A DNA stretch of 64,000 nt from Ramazzottius varieornatus (taxonomy: Eukaryota > Animalia > Tardigrada), in contig BDGG01000001.1 in NCBI GenBank assembly GCA_001949185.1, forward strand, positions 8,217,067 to 8,281,066, given 5' to 3'. The notes beneath the pieces are model-generated. The model made no database searches. It was given only the letters and a program-made list of their open reading frames with translations, and had not been told where the DNA came from. The position numbers and the translations under genes were made by a program. Shown here piece by piece: positions 38,306 through 50,217 of this stretch (position 1 is its first letter; each line of letters begins with the position of its first letter).

Positions 38306-39281
38306 ATGGCGTTCACCTTCGCAGCGTTGTGTTTCCTGTTGGCCATGATCATAACCGCCGTGTTGATCTTCCTCGCTATATTCCACGTAAGATCGTCCTT
38401 TCTTTTCACGTGTGAACATGTTTCAATACTCACGTCGTGTCTTCCTTCTTTCTAGATGATAGCGTTCGACGAGCTGAAGGTAAATCGGCCATGAGAATGA
38501 GCTGTGTTCTTTTAATTCCCAGCTTGGCAAGATTGCCTTCCTTGGTGGCGCACGTTTTCAGTCTTAACGGCCGATAGCGTGCGCCACCTGTTGTCGAGTT
38601 TCCAAGTGGCGCACGTCTTCAGTGTTACCGACTGGAAGCGTGCGCAACTGGGATAAATAATCTTGTCTAGTTTGCGGAGCTCAAGATCATTCGAATCTCA
38701 TTGCACCGGTTTTCTTTTGCAGACGGACTACAAAAACCCAGTGGAACAGTGCAACACCCTCAATCCCGTACGTCCGGTCTCTTTCGGTGTTCAGTATTAA
38801 AATGTTCAAGTCCCGTTCTTTTGGTCTACAGTTGGTCTTGCCAGAATATGGTCTGCACATGTTCATCAGCTTCCTGTTCATGATCAGCGGCAGTTTCTGG
38901 ACGCTAATGTACAACGTTCCCCTCATCGCCTACCACGTCATGAGGTATGCTAGATTTCCTTAGTCGGCTGCTGTGCACGTGATAGTTGTCGGACGCAACT
39001 GAGGAAATGTTTTATAGGTATCGAAAGAGGCCGGTAATGTCTTCGCACGGGCTGTACGACCCCACGTCAATCATGAACGCTGACGAGCTGAGTTATAACA
39101 TGCGAGAAGGCTGGATCAAGCTGGCTTTCTATCTTATCTCCTTCTTTGTCTACTTGTACATGTAAGCACACACTTGATGAATATGGAGCGCGGCAAGGAA
39201 ATATCGATGGATGGACAATGATTGCCGTAATTACCTTTAATTTACAGGATGATCTACGAGTTGGTTACCTCGACAGCTTAG
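38306..39281 (+). CDS. cni: Cornichon (CNIH), 6 exons including a 24-nt micro-exon
   Basis: MAFTFAALCFLLAMIITAVLIFLAIFH|MIAFDELK|TDYKNPVEQCNTLNP|LVLPEY...|YRKRPVMSSHGLYDPTSIMN...EGWIKLAFYLISFFVYLY|..IYELVTSTA*. Confidence 0.96.
38521..38682. mobile_element. Intronic palindromic MITE-like element, doublet in cornichon intron 2
   Basis: ggtggcgcacg...cgtgcgccacc tgttgtcgagtttcc aagtggcgcacg...cgtgcgcaact...tcttgtctagtttgcggagctc. Confidence 0.8.
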
Positions 39282-39656
39282 AAACTTGCCCCATAGTAGG
39301 ACCAAGACTTAGCATAGTTCGTGGCCGGCAGCTGAGAGGAACTGTCAGAACTTCCGGTCTTCATCTGAACCAAAGACCTTCGTGGACACATTAGCGTTTG
39401 ATTTCTGCACTTCAAGTTGTCACTTCTTTATGGTGATAAAATTCAATGGTAGTTCTGGCCTTCTGAAAATACAATGTATTTACCATGTTTTACAGATACT
39501 GTAAGCTTGGTACCAAAACGAGAACTGCAATTGCTGCACGAAGCGTGTCACTTCAGTAGGGCCGCGATAGTGGAGAAGCCCAATGAAATCCTTGCGGTCG
39601 CAGTATAGCTCAGAGTTGGCCAAAACCGCCATACAGCCTACGTAGATATACAGCAA

Positions 39657-40256
39657 CTATCGGGTAGCATATGAATGTACTGAAGGATTGTTACAAGGAG
39701 TGAAATCCACCACTAAATTGAGGTAGCAGTTTCCAGACCATCCTTCGCCACGGCTAACCACGAAACCAGCATGGTCACATTCTGGATACAAGTGGCACAA
39801 GTCTTTGCAGTGGTTTGCCGAAGTGACGGTATGTCCTGCAAGTGTCAGCAGGGTCGAACCACCACCAGCTTCGTTCATCTTGCAGTAATGAGTCGCTGAA
39901 AAAGAGTCAAACTGTTTGTCGCTGTAACCGGCCACGACTGCCTCAGCGTTGCGGCTGAAGCTTAGGTTAGCTTTGGCCGCGTCTTTCGATAACTGCGTGC
40001 ACACTCCCGTCCCCAGATCGAAGCTGACGAGACGACAGCGTGGAAGGTTGAGAGACCAGGCAGCGCGGCAGCGGTCTAGACAGTCGTTCACAGTCGATAG
40101 TGGGCCGGACCTGACGAAACCGGAAGTGGCCGTCGCCATCCACCCCTCGACGACGATCCGCAATGAAGAGGAGCCGCTTCGGGTCTCTTCGGGCTCCATG
40201 GCACTTGCAGAGGCCGAAGCTGCAACGATCCCCAGAATAAAACTTGCAGATAGCAT
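39657..40256 (-). CDS. Secreted intronless protein with two PAN/apple-like domains
   Basis: Signal peptide MLSASFILGIVAASASA; CLDRC...CRLVSF...C and CKDLC...C..AGF...CYL patterns. Confidence 0.7.
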   Translation of the reverse strand: MLSASFILGIVAASASASAMEPEETRSGSSSLRIVVEGWMATATSGFVRSGPLSTVNDCLDRCRAAWSLNLPRCRLVSFDLGTGVCTQLSKDAAKANLSFSRNAEAVVAGYSDKQFDSFSATHYCKMNEAGGGSTLLTLAGHTVTSANHCKDLCHLYPECDHAGFVVSRGEGWSGNCYLNLVVDFTPCNNPSVHSYATR

Positions 40257-41396
40257 TCTTGTATGCAAACCTGAGCAAGTATAACAATGTTGAATTCGAA
40301 GGATAGAAGTGTAGTGATTTAAGAAAGCATTCTCGAAAAGAAAAGTGGGAGAATAAGACGCCGCTAACTTAGTCATCGTAGCCCGATCGTTTTAGTCTTA
40401 CAAGTTCTGCAGCGCCGAATGACGTTACATAACATCCAGGTATCTTTGTACTGATCGTAGGCATTCCGGTTCTCTGATCATTAGCAGCTTCTTGATGAGC
40501 CTCGAGGGATGGAGTGGTCGAATACTCGGTAGATAATCGGACTGATGACAGCAAATTTCATGCTGCAAAATACCTGGAGATAGCAGGAAAACAAAAGGTT
40601 GGCGCCTTGCATGTACAGGTTTAGAGCAGCTAATGTTTCCCCCGCTGAGAGCTTCAGTAAACCGCATGTGCCGTACTGTATCCTCCCGAGAAATCGCCAT
40701 CCTCGAAGGTTCACAAATCCAAAACGAACATCGCTGGATGAGGGAAGGCCTCGCTAAGGTTTCGGTAGACTGTCGTTGCCGTCCGTGTGCCGCCTAAGGG
40801 AATGACGTCAGTAAACTACCCCGCCACTGATTCACAAAACGTTACCACAGGTGAATAAGGAATAGTTTTCTCTATGGTTCGAGCGGAAAAAACTAAGACC
40901 ATCGGCGTTCCTCGAATAAACTATAGGAAGCGGAAGTGTTATAAAACACATTACAAAGCAGCGTGATCATCACAGTCAACCATGAGCTGGTTTATCGTCT
41001 AAAACTTTATTCGGGCGCCTCTTCCGCTTACTGTAGGTATCTCCAGGAACGACAATGGGTCTAGGTTGCAAGTTCAAACTATGGGGGAAACAATCCTCTA
41101 TGCATGTGACATCGGTTTGTGGATCACAGGCGGTGTATTAGCGTAATCTCCTTGTGAGCAGTGTAGAACCCATCCTCTTCGTTCAGCCCCATTGTTTCCT
41201 TTACCGTGTAATCATGGAGTGCCGCTGTTGCTAGTAAACAGCAGTACACAACACCCAAGAAGGCTTTTCAAAAGTGGATACCAGTAATTCTGCTCGAAGA
41301 ATCGTTTGTGCTACCCGAGAAAATGTCAAATTTTGTGCAAGCAGGCAACTCCATCGCCGTATACATTCAGCCTAATCCTTTACTCCCCACACAAAG

Positions 41397-43005
41397 ATGC
41401 TCCCATTAGCGACTCTGGCACTATACTTCGCATCGGCCATTACATACATAGACGCAAGTAAGGCGCTTCTGCATTACATAGTTCTATAAAGGTTCATGTT
41501 GACAACTTGCAGGTGTTTATACGGTCAAGTGCTACCAGTGTGCGTACAATTTCCCCCAGCCCTATCCCGCCGATGGCGTACCCATGAACTATGACTATGT
41601 CTGGCGGAAACCACCAGCGGCTGTCTGTTTGTCGGGCAGTGTGGACGACCTCAGTCCCTATCTACAAGACTGTAGTGGCCATCGAGAATTACAGGAGGCA
41701 GATGTATGGAATACATCGCCCGCGGTTCTGACCTGTTACACCACATTCTTCTACTCCGACGAGACCAAAACGAAACGTAAGCTCTCTCCAAGTCAGGCGT
41801 AACGACTCTAGGTGTGCGATTGACCATGAAACTGAGCAGTATGAAGAAAAGGCGGTATGGCTAATTTGAACACTTAAAAGACCACGCAATGCCGAGCTCT
41901 GGGAGTACAAGGAGGGCAGATCACCTTTCCCAATTTTTAACTGGCGGAAATCATGGGGTGAGGTCAGATCGGGCCAATCACCACTTGTACGCTTCGTATT
42001 TTTCGAGTAAAATGCGCCGCTAAGTGAACCAAAGTGCCAGACCTTTTTATCTTTGCTCTGACCACTGGTCACACAGCATGGAACATACTGAAGCTTCTAA
42101 GACGGTACTAATGTACTAGCTTTGTGTCCAATTTTTAAGGAGGCTTTCCGTCAGCCAGCTCTTAGGTAATAATTTGGTCTGTCCGATCAAGACAAAATCT
42201 GGTCAAAAGTAAAATACTCGCTCGAAATTTTCAGGAAGCTGCTAGCCAGTTCACGTCTTTCTTAACTGGAAGCGACAAAGTTTCTAAAAGCAAACGTGAA
42301 AATCTGATACGAAAAGGTTCAACAGAAGTCATACCGCCAGGCTTTTGGGGTGCGCCAAGCAACCGGGGTACCCCCTTGGTCTTTTAAGTGTTAAGAAGCG
42401 CAGGTCAAAGCCGAATCACCGTATATTATTTCTCGCGCTTTGTACTTCAAACGCTTGGCGTATGGTCAATGCTTTTACAGCCACCGCAGTTATTCGGGAC
42501 TGTGCGAGAGCCAGTGTTATGGTCGATCAAAATACCCAGAAAAATTATGCTAACGGCTAAAGAGTTTGGTGTTGGTGGTATGTGCTTTGCCGGGCTGGGA
42601 ACGACGACGCTAGACAGAGCACACAAGACATCGTCGATATGCGCCTGTGATCCCGTCGCGGCCTCGGACGGCTGCAACGTCTGGTCCAAAATTCTGCCGT
42701 ACTCCGGTCCGGACAGGTTGTATGGTGAAGATCCCAGACTGGAGAATAATGCTGCTGCAGCCCCACCGGTTAGCAAGCCCGCCAGCGGTGGCAGCGCTAC
42801 CAACCCGGCCAAGCCAGCCAGCCCAAACAACCCGACCAGTCCTGGCGATCCAGCTGAACCAACCAACGAAAATGCCAACGGTGGGGGAACTGCTGTGGCC
42901 GCTGACGTCGCTAGCGCTGACAACGGTGCTGTCGGGGTGTCGGCCCAAGCTGGGCTTTTTATCATATTGGGTTTACTTGCTTTAATGTTATCTTGGCTTG
43001 GTTAG
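41397..43005 (+). pseudogene. Ly6/three-finger (quiver/sleepless-like) GPI-anchored protein, with a frameshift at about 42558
   Basis: Exon 1 41397-41457 is a signal peptide. Exon 2 41513-41776 contains VKCYQC. Exon 3 from 42481 reads VIRDC...ANG*. A shifted frame continues ICACDPVAASDGCN, a Pro-rich stalk and a hydrophobic GPI signal. Confidence 0.7.
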
Positions 43006-43099
43006 AAAGAGGAATTCTCTGTGCCTGCACTGCAGTGTCCGGCACCGACAGGACGGACTGGGTATTGACATAAACAACTAGAGAGAGCCTGCACGCACT

Positions 43100-44270
43100 T
43101 TGCGGTTTTACCGATTTCCGTCTGCTGATGTTTGACATCTTCCACACAGGTGGTCAGCGAACACGACTTGCAGCTGGCCCCTGACTCCCGCCCTCGACAG
43201 ACCGGTTATGAACGCATCATGTGGTATTTTGTCAAAGGTCTCCCTGCAATCCAGGAAAACCATGTCAGCTTCGTTCCGCTCCAGAGAGACCTGCACCCGT
43301 TTGTGGCTCCTCTGAACTAAGAGAACAATCTGTTTTGATTGATATAATTGGTGATATGTTCAGCTAAGTTTTTTTCAGAAAGTTAGAGGTGAGAGGAGCG
43401 AAATCGGTCGGAAGGCGGAGCCTCCTGTGTTCGGCGCTGAGACAACTTCTGCTTTTTTCCAGGCAGTAGGGAATTTGCCTGTGCACAGAAGCATGTTGAA
43501 CAGTCTTGCGAGTTGGTAGATGACTGTTGTGCCGGCAATCTTGAACGGTCGGTTTGTAATGAGCGAAGAACCGTCAGCTTTGTTGACATCAAGCTTTCGG
43601 ATAGTAACAGAGACAGCAGAAGTGGTTACGAGTTCAGGACAGTGCTGCATCGTTGGTGGCTCTATCTGGCAGGCTTGAGATGGTGGAGGTGGTTGCGTAA
43701 ATGGCTTGGCCAGTCGACGTATTCTTTAGCGAAGGTCTGGTTGATGAATTCCGCCTTATCTCGCGGGTATACGAGGTACACGCAGTGGCACTTCCGGGAT
43801 GGGACTGGGTGGAATAGACTTATACGATACGTATGCTTTGCAGGGATGCTACAAAGCTGCCCAAGACGAGTATATCCTTGCTTTCGGTTTCATTAAGTTC
43901 ACTTTGCGACTGCCTTTGTTTCAAAGTGTGGTCCGTTTATTGCTACTTCTTGAAGTCTTTCAAGGTGCGATAAACGGAAAACGAACTCTGAACTACTGCC
44001 ATCAACCAATGAGAAGAATCGTCGAAGATGACATTTTCTTCGCACGGCTTAGGGCGATTCAACGTTCAGTCTTTATGCAGGAAACCCTTTTGGGCCAGAT
44101 TGGTGCACGCGTTTTGAACCAGAGGGTAAAGCATCGCCAGCGCAGCTGCCTAGCCTTCTGGCTTAGATATTCCGCAGTGTAGCGCAGCACGCGGCAAGCC
44201 AGAAAATCTGCAGTGCAAATGCAGCGTCCTTTTCGACCTGCATCCGAGGCATCTACCGACACCGTTGTCC
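43100..44270 (-). mobile_element. Decayed non-LTR (CR1/Jockey-like) reverse transcriptase remnant
   Basis: LARLFNMLLCTGKFPTAWKKAEV...FRPISLLSPL and ADMVFLDCRETFDKIPHD. Confidence 0.85.
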
Positions 44271-45638
44271 CTTTCTCGCATAGTCCCGTTTCCTGTGCTG
44301 TGCGTAGCCCTTGTTGACCTTTTCTTTTTTTTTGATTGGCACGCTTGCCGAAGATAGTACTGCTGTACCCGGTGTATCAAAACGTTTTGGTGCATGTTTG
44401 AAACGCTCATTTGACTGCTTGCTCTAATAAAGCTATTCGAATGAATACATTTCGGCTGTACGGAAAAAAAGCGGTGTCCATTTAATCAACTTTATCCTTG
44501 TGCGAATCCTATCAAAGTACAAACCTGCTCGCTAGTTCTGTTGTCAATAAAGCGGCGCACAGTAGAAATTTTAGCAACACCGCGCAGCTTTTCGGATTCA
44601 CGAAAAAATCCCTGAATTTTCGAGGTTTTCCCCTGTTCAACCCCCCTGGCTGTCGATACGGCCAAGAAATCCCGGTAGCCCGGTAGTCATCTTTAAGGTT
44701 GAAGCTCAGAATCTTGGGAGCCATGGCCACCGAAAACACTGTGGTGTGCCACTGGTTTATCGTACGGCAGGTGGCTATCCGACACTATCCGAACCTGAAG
44801 CCGAAAACGATGGCTCCAGATGGCGGTATGGCAGTACGTAGAAAACTGAAACAAACCGCCTCACTTCTGTCTTACTGTGTTTACAACTCTCTGTTCATCC
44901 TCGCTATATATATTGAGCTCCACTGAATCTTTGGTCCATGTCTACAGTGAAGCTTCGAGCCTGGTGGAACGTGTTTGTGGAACAGTTCGCGCAATCAATA
45001 AAAAAATTCAAATGGTATGTTCCATCGTAGTTGCTCGCGCGCCGATGAATACAGCGTTTTACGATTATTTCGGTAATCACAGTAATGGTTCGTCGAAGTC
45101 CAAAACTTTGATATGGTGACCAGTAGGCAGCAGAACAAACCACTACCAGAGTGATCAAAACTGGTACCCATATCTGCATGGTTCCCCGTGTGCTCCTCCT
45201 GATGGCGGTATGAGCCTAAGCACGGGATACTGCAAGACGATTTCGACTTCAAGCTAAATCAGCGCAATAGGTGGGCGTATACGTAGCAGACACTCCGAGA
45301 TCGCTTTTTGTGTTGAGTGCGACCATTGGAATTCTGTAAGTCAGATACCGCGTTGCTCCAGATACCGGTGAGGTGATTGTCGCCACTACATTCTCCTACT
45401 GTCACAATCGCTCACTTCAGAGGGGCGATATCCTGTTGTGCCACAGTTTAAATACCACAGAATCTCCACACCCAAAAACTAATTCAACACAATAAAATTA
45501 TCTATTCTCGTACAAATGAACCTATCGTTGACCAGGGAACACCCGTGACAACACCAGCCGAGCACGAAACCCACAGGTTCCACCCATAAAAGTCCGAGTT
45601 GTTTGTCAGTTAAGTGAGTTTCGTCAAAGTGGTTTCGT

Positions 45639-45797
45639 TACTGTAAATATCCGATGCTATCGTGCAGCACGTGATCGTTCACGTGAAGTACAGCCGCGGT
45701 CCGGTTTGACTGCCTGTGCAACCCCCTACGGGGGTGCATCGTCAAGCACGTGTACGTACAGTAACGTACTGCGCGACAGCATCGAATGTTTACAGTG
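45639..45797. mobile_element. ~155-bp MITE (TIR TACTGTAAATAT), same family as 53061-53210
   Basis: tactgtaaatatccgatgct / agcatcgaatgtttacagtg; shared core gtgaagtacagcc...cccctacgggggtgcatcg. Confidence 0.8.
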
Positions 45798-45918
45798 TTC
45801 TACAATTGGTCAGACGTTGTCCATACCGTTTGAAGAGCTGATTTTATTTTCCAGCCCACTACTTGTCACGCCTGCTGGTGCTTGGAAAATTTGGGCACAC
45901 CATGTGGCAAGTGTACAG

Positions 45919-46215
45919 AAGGCTCGGCTGAACTAAAATAAGCCCTTTAGCCGTTTGTCTGCCGCGGCTGAAATATATTTAGACGCGGCTAAGAACGGCT
46001 AATACGACTTATTTTAGCTTGGCCAGCCTATTATAGGCAAGTGAACTACACATACGATGGGAAATTATAGGACAGTAAAAATTTTGCGACATGCCTTTTC
46101 GCTTCAGCGGTACAGAAGTACGTATACTGTGTACACGACTGATTCACAGTAATACAATTTTCGACACGTTTCCGCCTGCCATATGATTTTTACTGTCTCA
46201 AAATCTCCCATCGTG
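45919..46215. mobile_element. Two adjacent small hairpin MITEs (about 45919-46030 and 46053-46215)
   Basis: ctaaaataagccctttagccgtt / aacggctaatacgacttattttag; acgatgggaaattat..gacagtaaaaat / atttttactgtc..aatctcccatcgt. Confidence 0.65.
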
Positions 46216-46927
46216 CGTCCACTGTGGAATCAACATTTGAAAGCGGGTGAATGGCGTTGGATACACATTATAGTCGTACAGACGTGACAAATTAAACGTG
46301 TACGTAATGTGGCCCAGTAGCCAATCAATGTACTCCACGATCCGATAATGTTGTTATTAATTTTATATCTAAAACAAAGGTTATTGCAACTGGTCGCAAA
46401 CCACCAATGTCTCTAGGGGGCGCCGTTCGGGCAGATAAGCATCGTACTGGTTATTGAGTTTCCCGCAGCGCACCGTGTTTTCCCTAAACGAATTTCGTAC
46501 TAAACCCGGCCGAAGTTTTTTCCCGTTACCCTATCGATCACAAAGATCCTGATTGGCATCATTCATGACTTTCCCTCGTACTTTCTGACAGATGGATTTC
46601 TGTTATCAAAAAAGGTCGTTAAACGTAGAGAAAATTTGTCGGTGTCGGGAAATGCAATGCAGATACCAACCACGAGAAAAGTGAACGTGGAAGTGTAGCG
46701 TGAGCTTTGTTTCGCGAGACTCACTAATGAGAAAACGCTTGATGAAAGTCATCTACGAGGAAATAAACCGCGAAAATTTCGTGATCCTTCAGGTTTTTAT
46801 TCGGCTGGTGAACCAGCTCGTAATAGTAAGCCGATGGCTGGCTACAAAATTCACAATTGAAAATTGCCCATACAGATCGATTTCAAGCATTAAGGACCAA
46901 AGAGGAAGAGGCCATCGAAAGGAGGAA

Positions 46928-49121
46928 CTAGTCGGATTGTGGATTTTCAGTGTGCTTAAGTACACGAGACATTTTTCGATCGAAAGTGCTGATGAATCGT
47001 TTACGTAGTTCAACTTCGGATGTTATCTGGTTATTCCCCTTTCCTCCCGTCAATCCATCCTTGGTTTTCTTGAACTTGAGAACGCGATCTGCAAAGAAAA
47101 ACGATTGTCAAAAGTAAGAAAGCGGGCTGGTTGCGTTACAACAGGCTTACCGTAAAACGACGTGAAGTTCTCCGGGCCGAAAAGCTTCGCAAACCCCACG
47201 CCTTTCGTCTTCGTCTTTGAGAGAGCGATAATATCATCGTCAGGGATTAAGACTTTCAACATCAGCTTTCGTGCGTAGTTGTCCATGTCCTTCGCGCTGT
47301 TCTGCGCTTACTGCAATCTTGCTTGTCTGACCCATATTGGAGACTTCGGCTGCAGTCGCTGGAACAGAGTGCGGTCGACTGTTGCTGGATCTGCGTTGAA
47401 TGACCAGTTGATGGCCGGAACTGTAATACGATACTATCATCAGACTGGTACACTCGAGGAACCGAACAGAAGTGATTTTTACCTTGTATCTTGGGCTTGC
47501 GTGATGGTCTGGAATGTCCCGCTGATTTCAAAATCCGATTGATCACTATGATGAGCAACAAATAAGCAAAGACTTTCATTTCTATTCGAAGAGTTTTCAT
47601 AGCTAAGCTTATTCTACACTGCATCACGCAATATTATTTTGGCACTCACTTTCAGCTTCCTTCAGCAATTCCTCCCGTTTCCGAACAAATTCCTCAATCT
47701 GCTCTGCAGTATAGTCTTTTGTTGTATCTCCATTCTTACCGCCGCTGTTTTCGCCTGTGCAAAGGAGGCGAACACGATAGCCGAATTGCGTGCAAAATTA
47801 AATGAAATTTGGGAAGCCACTTACCTCCATATTTGGCAGTCCCGGAGATGCTGACACTATCCCAGTCTTCGCTGTCGGTGAACCTAGTCTCTTCAAGAAA
47901 CAAACCAAGCACAATATGGAAGAGTACTGCAGCCGAAACGAACAGCTCGTTTACTTTTTCTGTAGTTACGATCTGTGGAAGGGTGATAACCGCTATCACT
48001 GAGATCGACCTCGTTGAAGATTTCGTCGGGATCCTTTTCTTCAGCATTGCAGGCCTTGATGTGGAGAGGCGATCCAGACTTCCGTGATGCGCTATCCTCC
48101 GAGCGTTGATGTGGCTTCTGAGTGGACTACCGAAGACCCATATGCAATTTCAAACAACTGTACCAACAGATATTGCAAACTTACCGGAAATTTGGTGCCC
48201 AATTCCTCATCTCCACTAGAAAAGAGAGTGTCCGAGCTCCGTAGCTTTGTGCTTCCAGTACACAACTGAGAGCTGCTTTTCCAATTGAGATGGGTTATGG
48301 GACCTGGAGCACTGTCATCGCCGGTGGAGTCTGCCTCTCGTTCAGAAACTTCTGGGGAAGCGACTTTACCTTCCCCACGGAAACACACCTAATCTCCCAT
48401 CGTTCAGTTTCTTTCGTTTGGTCTTGTTGTCTTCGGTTCTGTTGGCATGTGTCATCCTCGAGGTTGGGGCAGGCTTCCTGTCTGGTCTCTAGAAGAAAAC
48501 ACCGTACAGAATATCTTCCGAAACAGTGAATAATATTCCAGTATTGACATGAATAGAGCGAAGTCTAGCACACGCGACAAGCGCGTTATCCGCCTAAGAC
48601 AAGAGCGTTTAATCACCAGTACCTTTCGTTTCTTTTTCTGCTCCTTCGCTGCCTTGTCCAGTGTGTCGAACGAAGCGTTCATCCTGTCCTGGTCCTTACT
48701 CACACCAATGACCGTTGCTTTGCTGACAGGATAGACATGAGTGTAGAACAAGCGCACCTTCATCCCTTGCTGCAATATCTCTTTTTCCTTGAAGGAATTA
48801 ATTTCTCGAAAAAGAGGCTTTACTATGTCCAGAGTGATCTCGGACGGTGGCAGAAGGTAGTACACCCCGTCATCGTACTGAAACAGGACCCAGTCTGCAA
48901 AGAACAGAAAAATGTAAATGACTGCTAAGGAAATATCGATAAACGGAAAGTAATCGGCAAACAGAAAGCTTGGTTTTCTTACACGATTCCTCCCTTGTAC
49001 GGTTGACCACCGCTTTGAAGTAGTCCGGTATGGGTGTTGACGACTCAGGATCCGAGGTCTTGTAGTCGCTTGGGCGTCTGGTGGCCTTAGTAGGGTTATT
49101 CCCCTTTTCACGATGAGACAT
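46928..49121 (-). pseudogene. Spliced transposon-accessory-like gene (possible C-terminal BEN-like domain), probably disrupted
   Basis: Exons MSHREKG...|YWVLFQYDDGVYYLLPPSEI...; last exons MDNYARKLMLKVLIPDDDIIALSKT...|DRVLK...ELRKRFISTFDRKMSRVLK; abuts a CMC transposase. Confidence 0.45.
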
Positions 49122-50217
49122 ATCGCATTTCAAGAAGATGAAGGCGCATGAGCTAAGATTCTTTCTACAACATAATGCGCCTCACATCACAAAAGACATT
49201 GTCCCCGAAAACTTTCAGTCTATCCTGTGCCATGCTAGCTCGATCGCTTGATTAGCTACTCGTGACGTCATCACGGAAGTGGAGCTATCCAGGATCGAGC
49301 GTCACTCGGACCTGTTCCTCAGAAAATTCCAACGGTTTTTTGGCGAAGCAAACATGAAGTTCTCGATCCATCTGATGCAGCATGTGGCGCACAATATTCG
49401 ACTCCACGGACCATTGCAAAATATTTCCTGCTATGGTCCAGAAAATGAAATAGGGCGTATCGGGCGTCGAGTTTGCGCGTACAACAACACCACGAAGAGT
49501 ATCATGGCTGATTTCCGTGTTCTCGCTGAATGTTCTGTCCTAGTGGAGAATATCATGAACAAGCCAGGGACAAGTGAGCAGGTGGTTCGGTCCGCAAGGA
49601 ACGTCCTGGGATTAACAGACACGATTTTCTATTCCAAAACCTCTTCCGGTTGCTGTAAGCTTGTTGGTCGTCCGGAAGAAAACACCACAAAAACGATCAG
49701 ACGTCTCGTGGAAGCAAACGGTGTGGAAATCGGACAAGACTGGACATGCAAAGACATTTACACCTTCAAGAAAGCTGTGATCGAGAACGGAATTCAAGTA
49801 AGGACCCAGAAGCACAACGAAAAGTATTGCCGCAATGAAAGCATCGTGATGGATAGCAGTGGAACTGTTATTGCGGTGAAACATGTGATTGCAGCAGTCG
49901 ACGTTGAAGCGGAAAAAGTTTGCGGGACGTTTGTTTTCGGAGAAGCGCTGACCACAACCCACACTAACATCTCCGGTAATTCTCCCGTCAAAGTCAATCA
50001 TATTTTTGAGCTCGAGCGTTCGCGTGATCTTGTGCTCATTAACACAGCCGACATAACCAAGCATTCGGTCATATTGAAAGAGCAGGACAACTTGTTCACT
50101 GTCAGCCCTCCCTCAAATGTTTTCTGTGTTATAAGCAGTATTTGTCCAAATTTTCGACGTCAAAAATGTGAGTTACAGTTTTCAGTACCTTGGTTTTATC
50201 ATGTTCCTGATGTGTGA
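49122..50217 (+). mobile_element. CACTA/EnSpm-Mirage (CMC) transposase, C-terminal fragment, 5'-truncated with an in-frame stop
   Basis: FKKMKAHELRFFLQH...FFGEANMKFSIHLMQHVAHNIRLHGPLQNISCYGPENEIG (HxxxH...GPL...S...E motif). Confidence 0.8.

Noticed and set aside
44512-45179. Possible type II membrane enzyme pseudogene (MQIWVPVLITLVVVCSAAYW...)
   Set aside because: Only the hydrophobic N-terminus supports it; there are several stops and no family motif.
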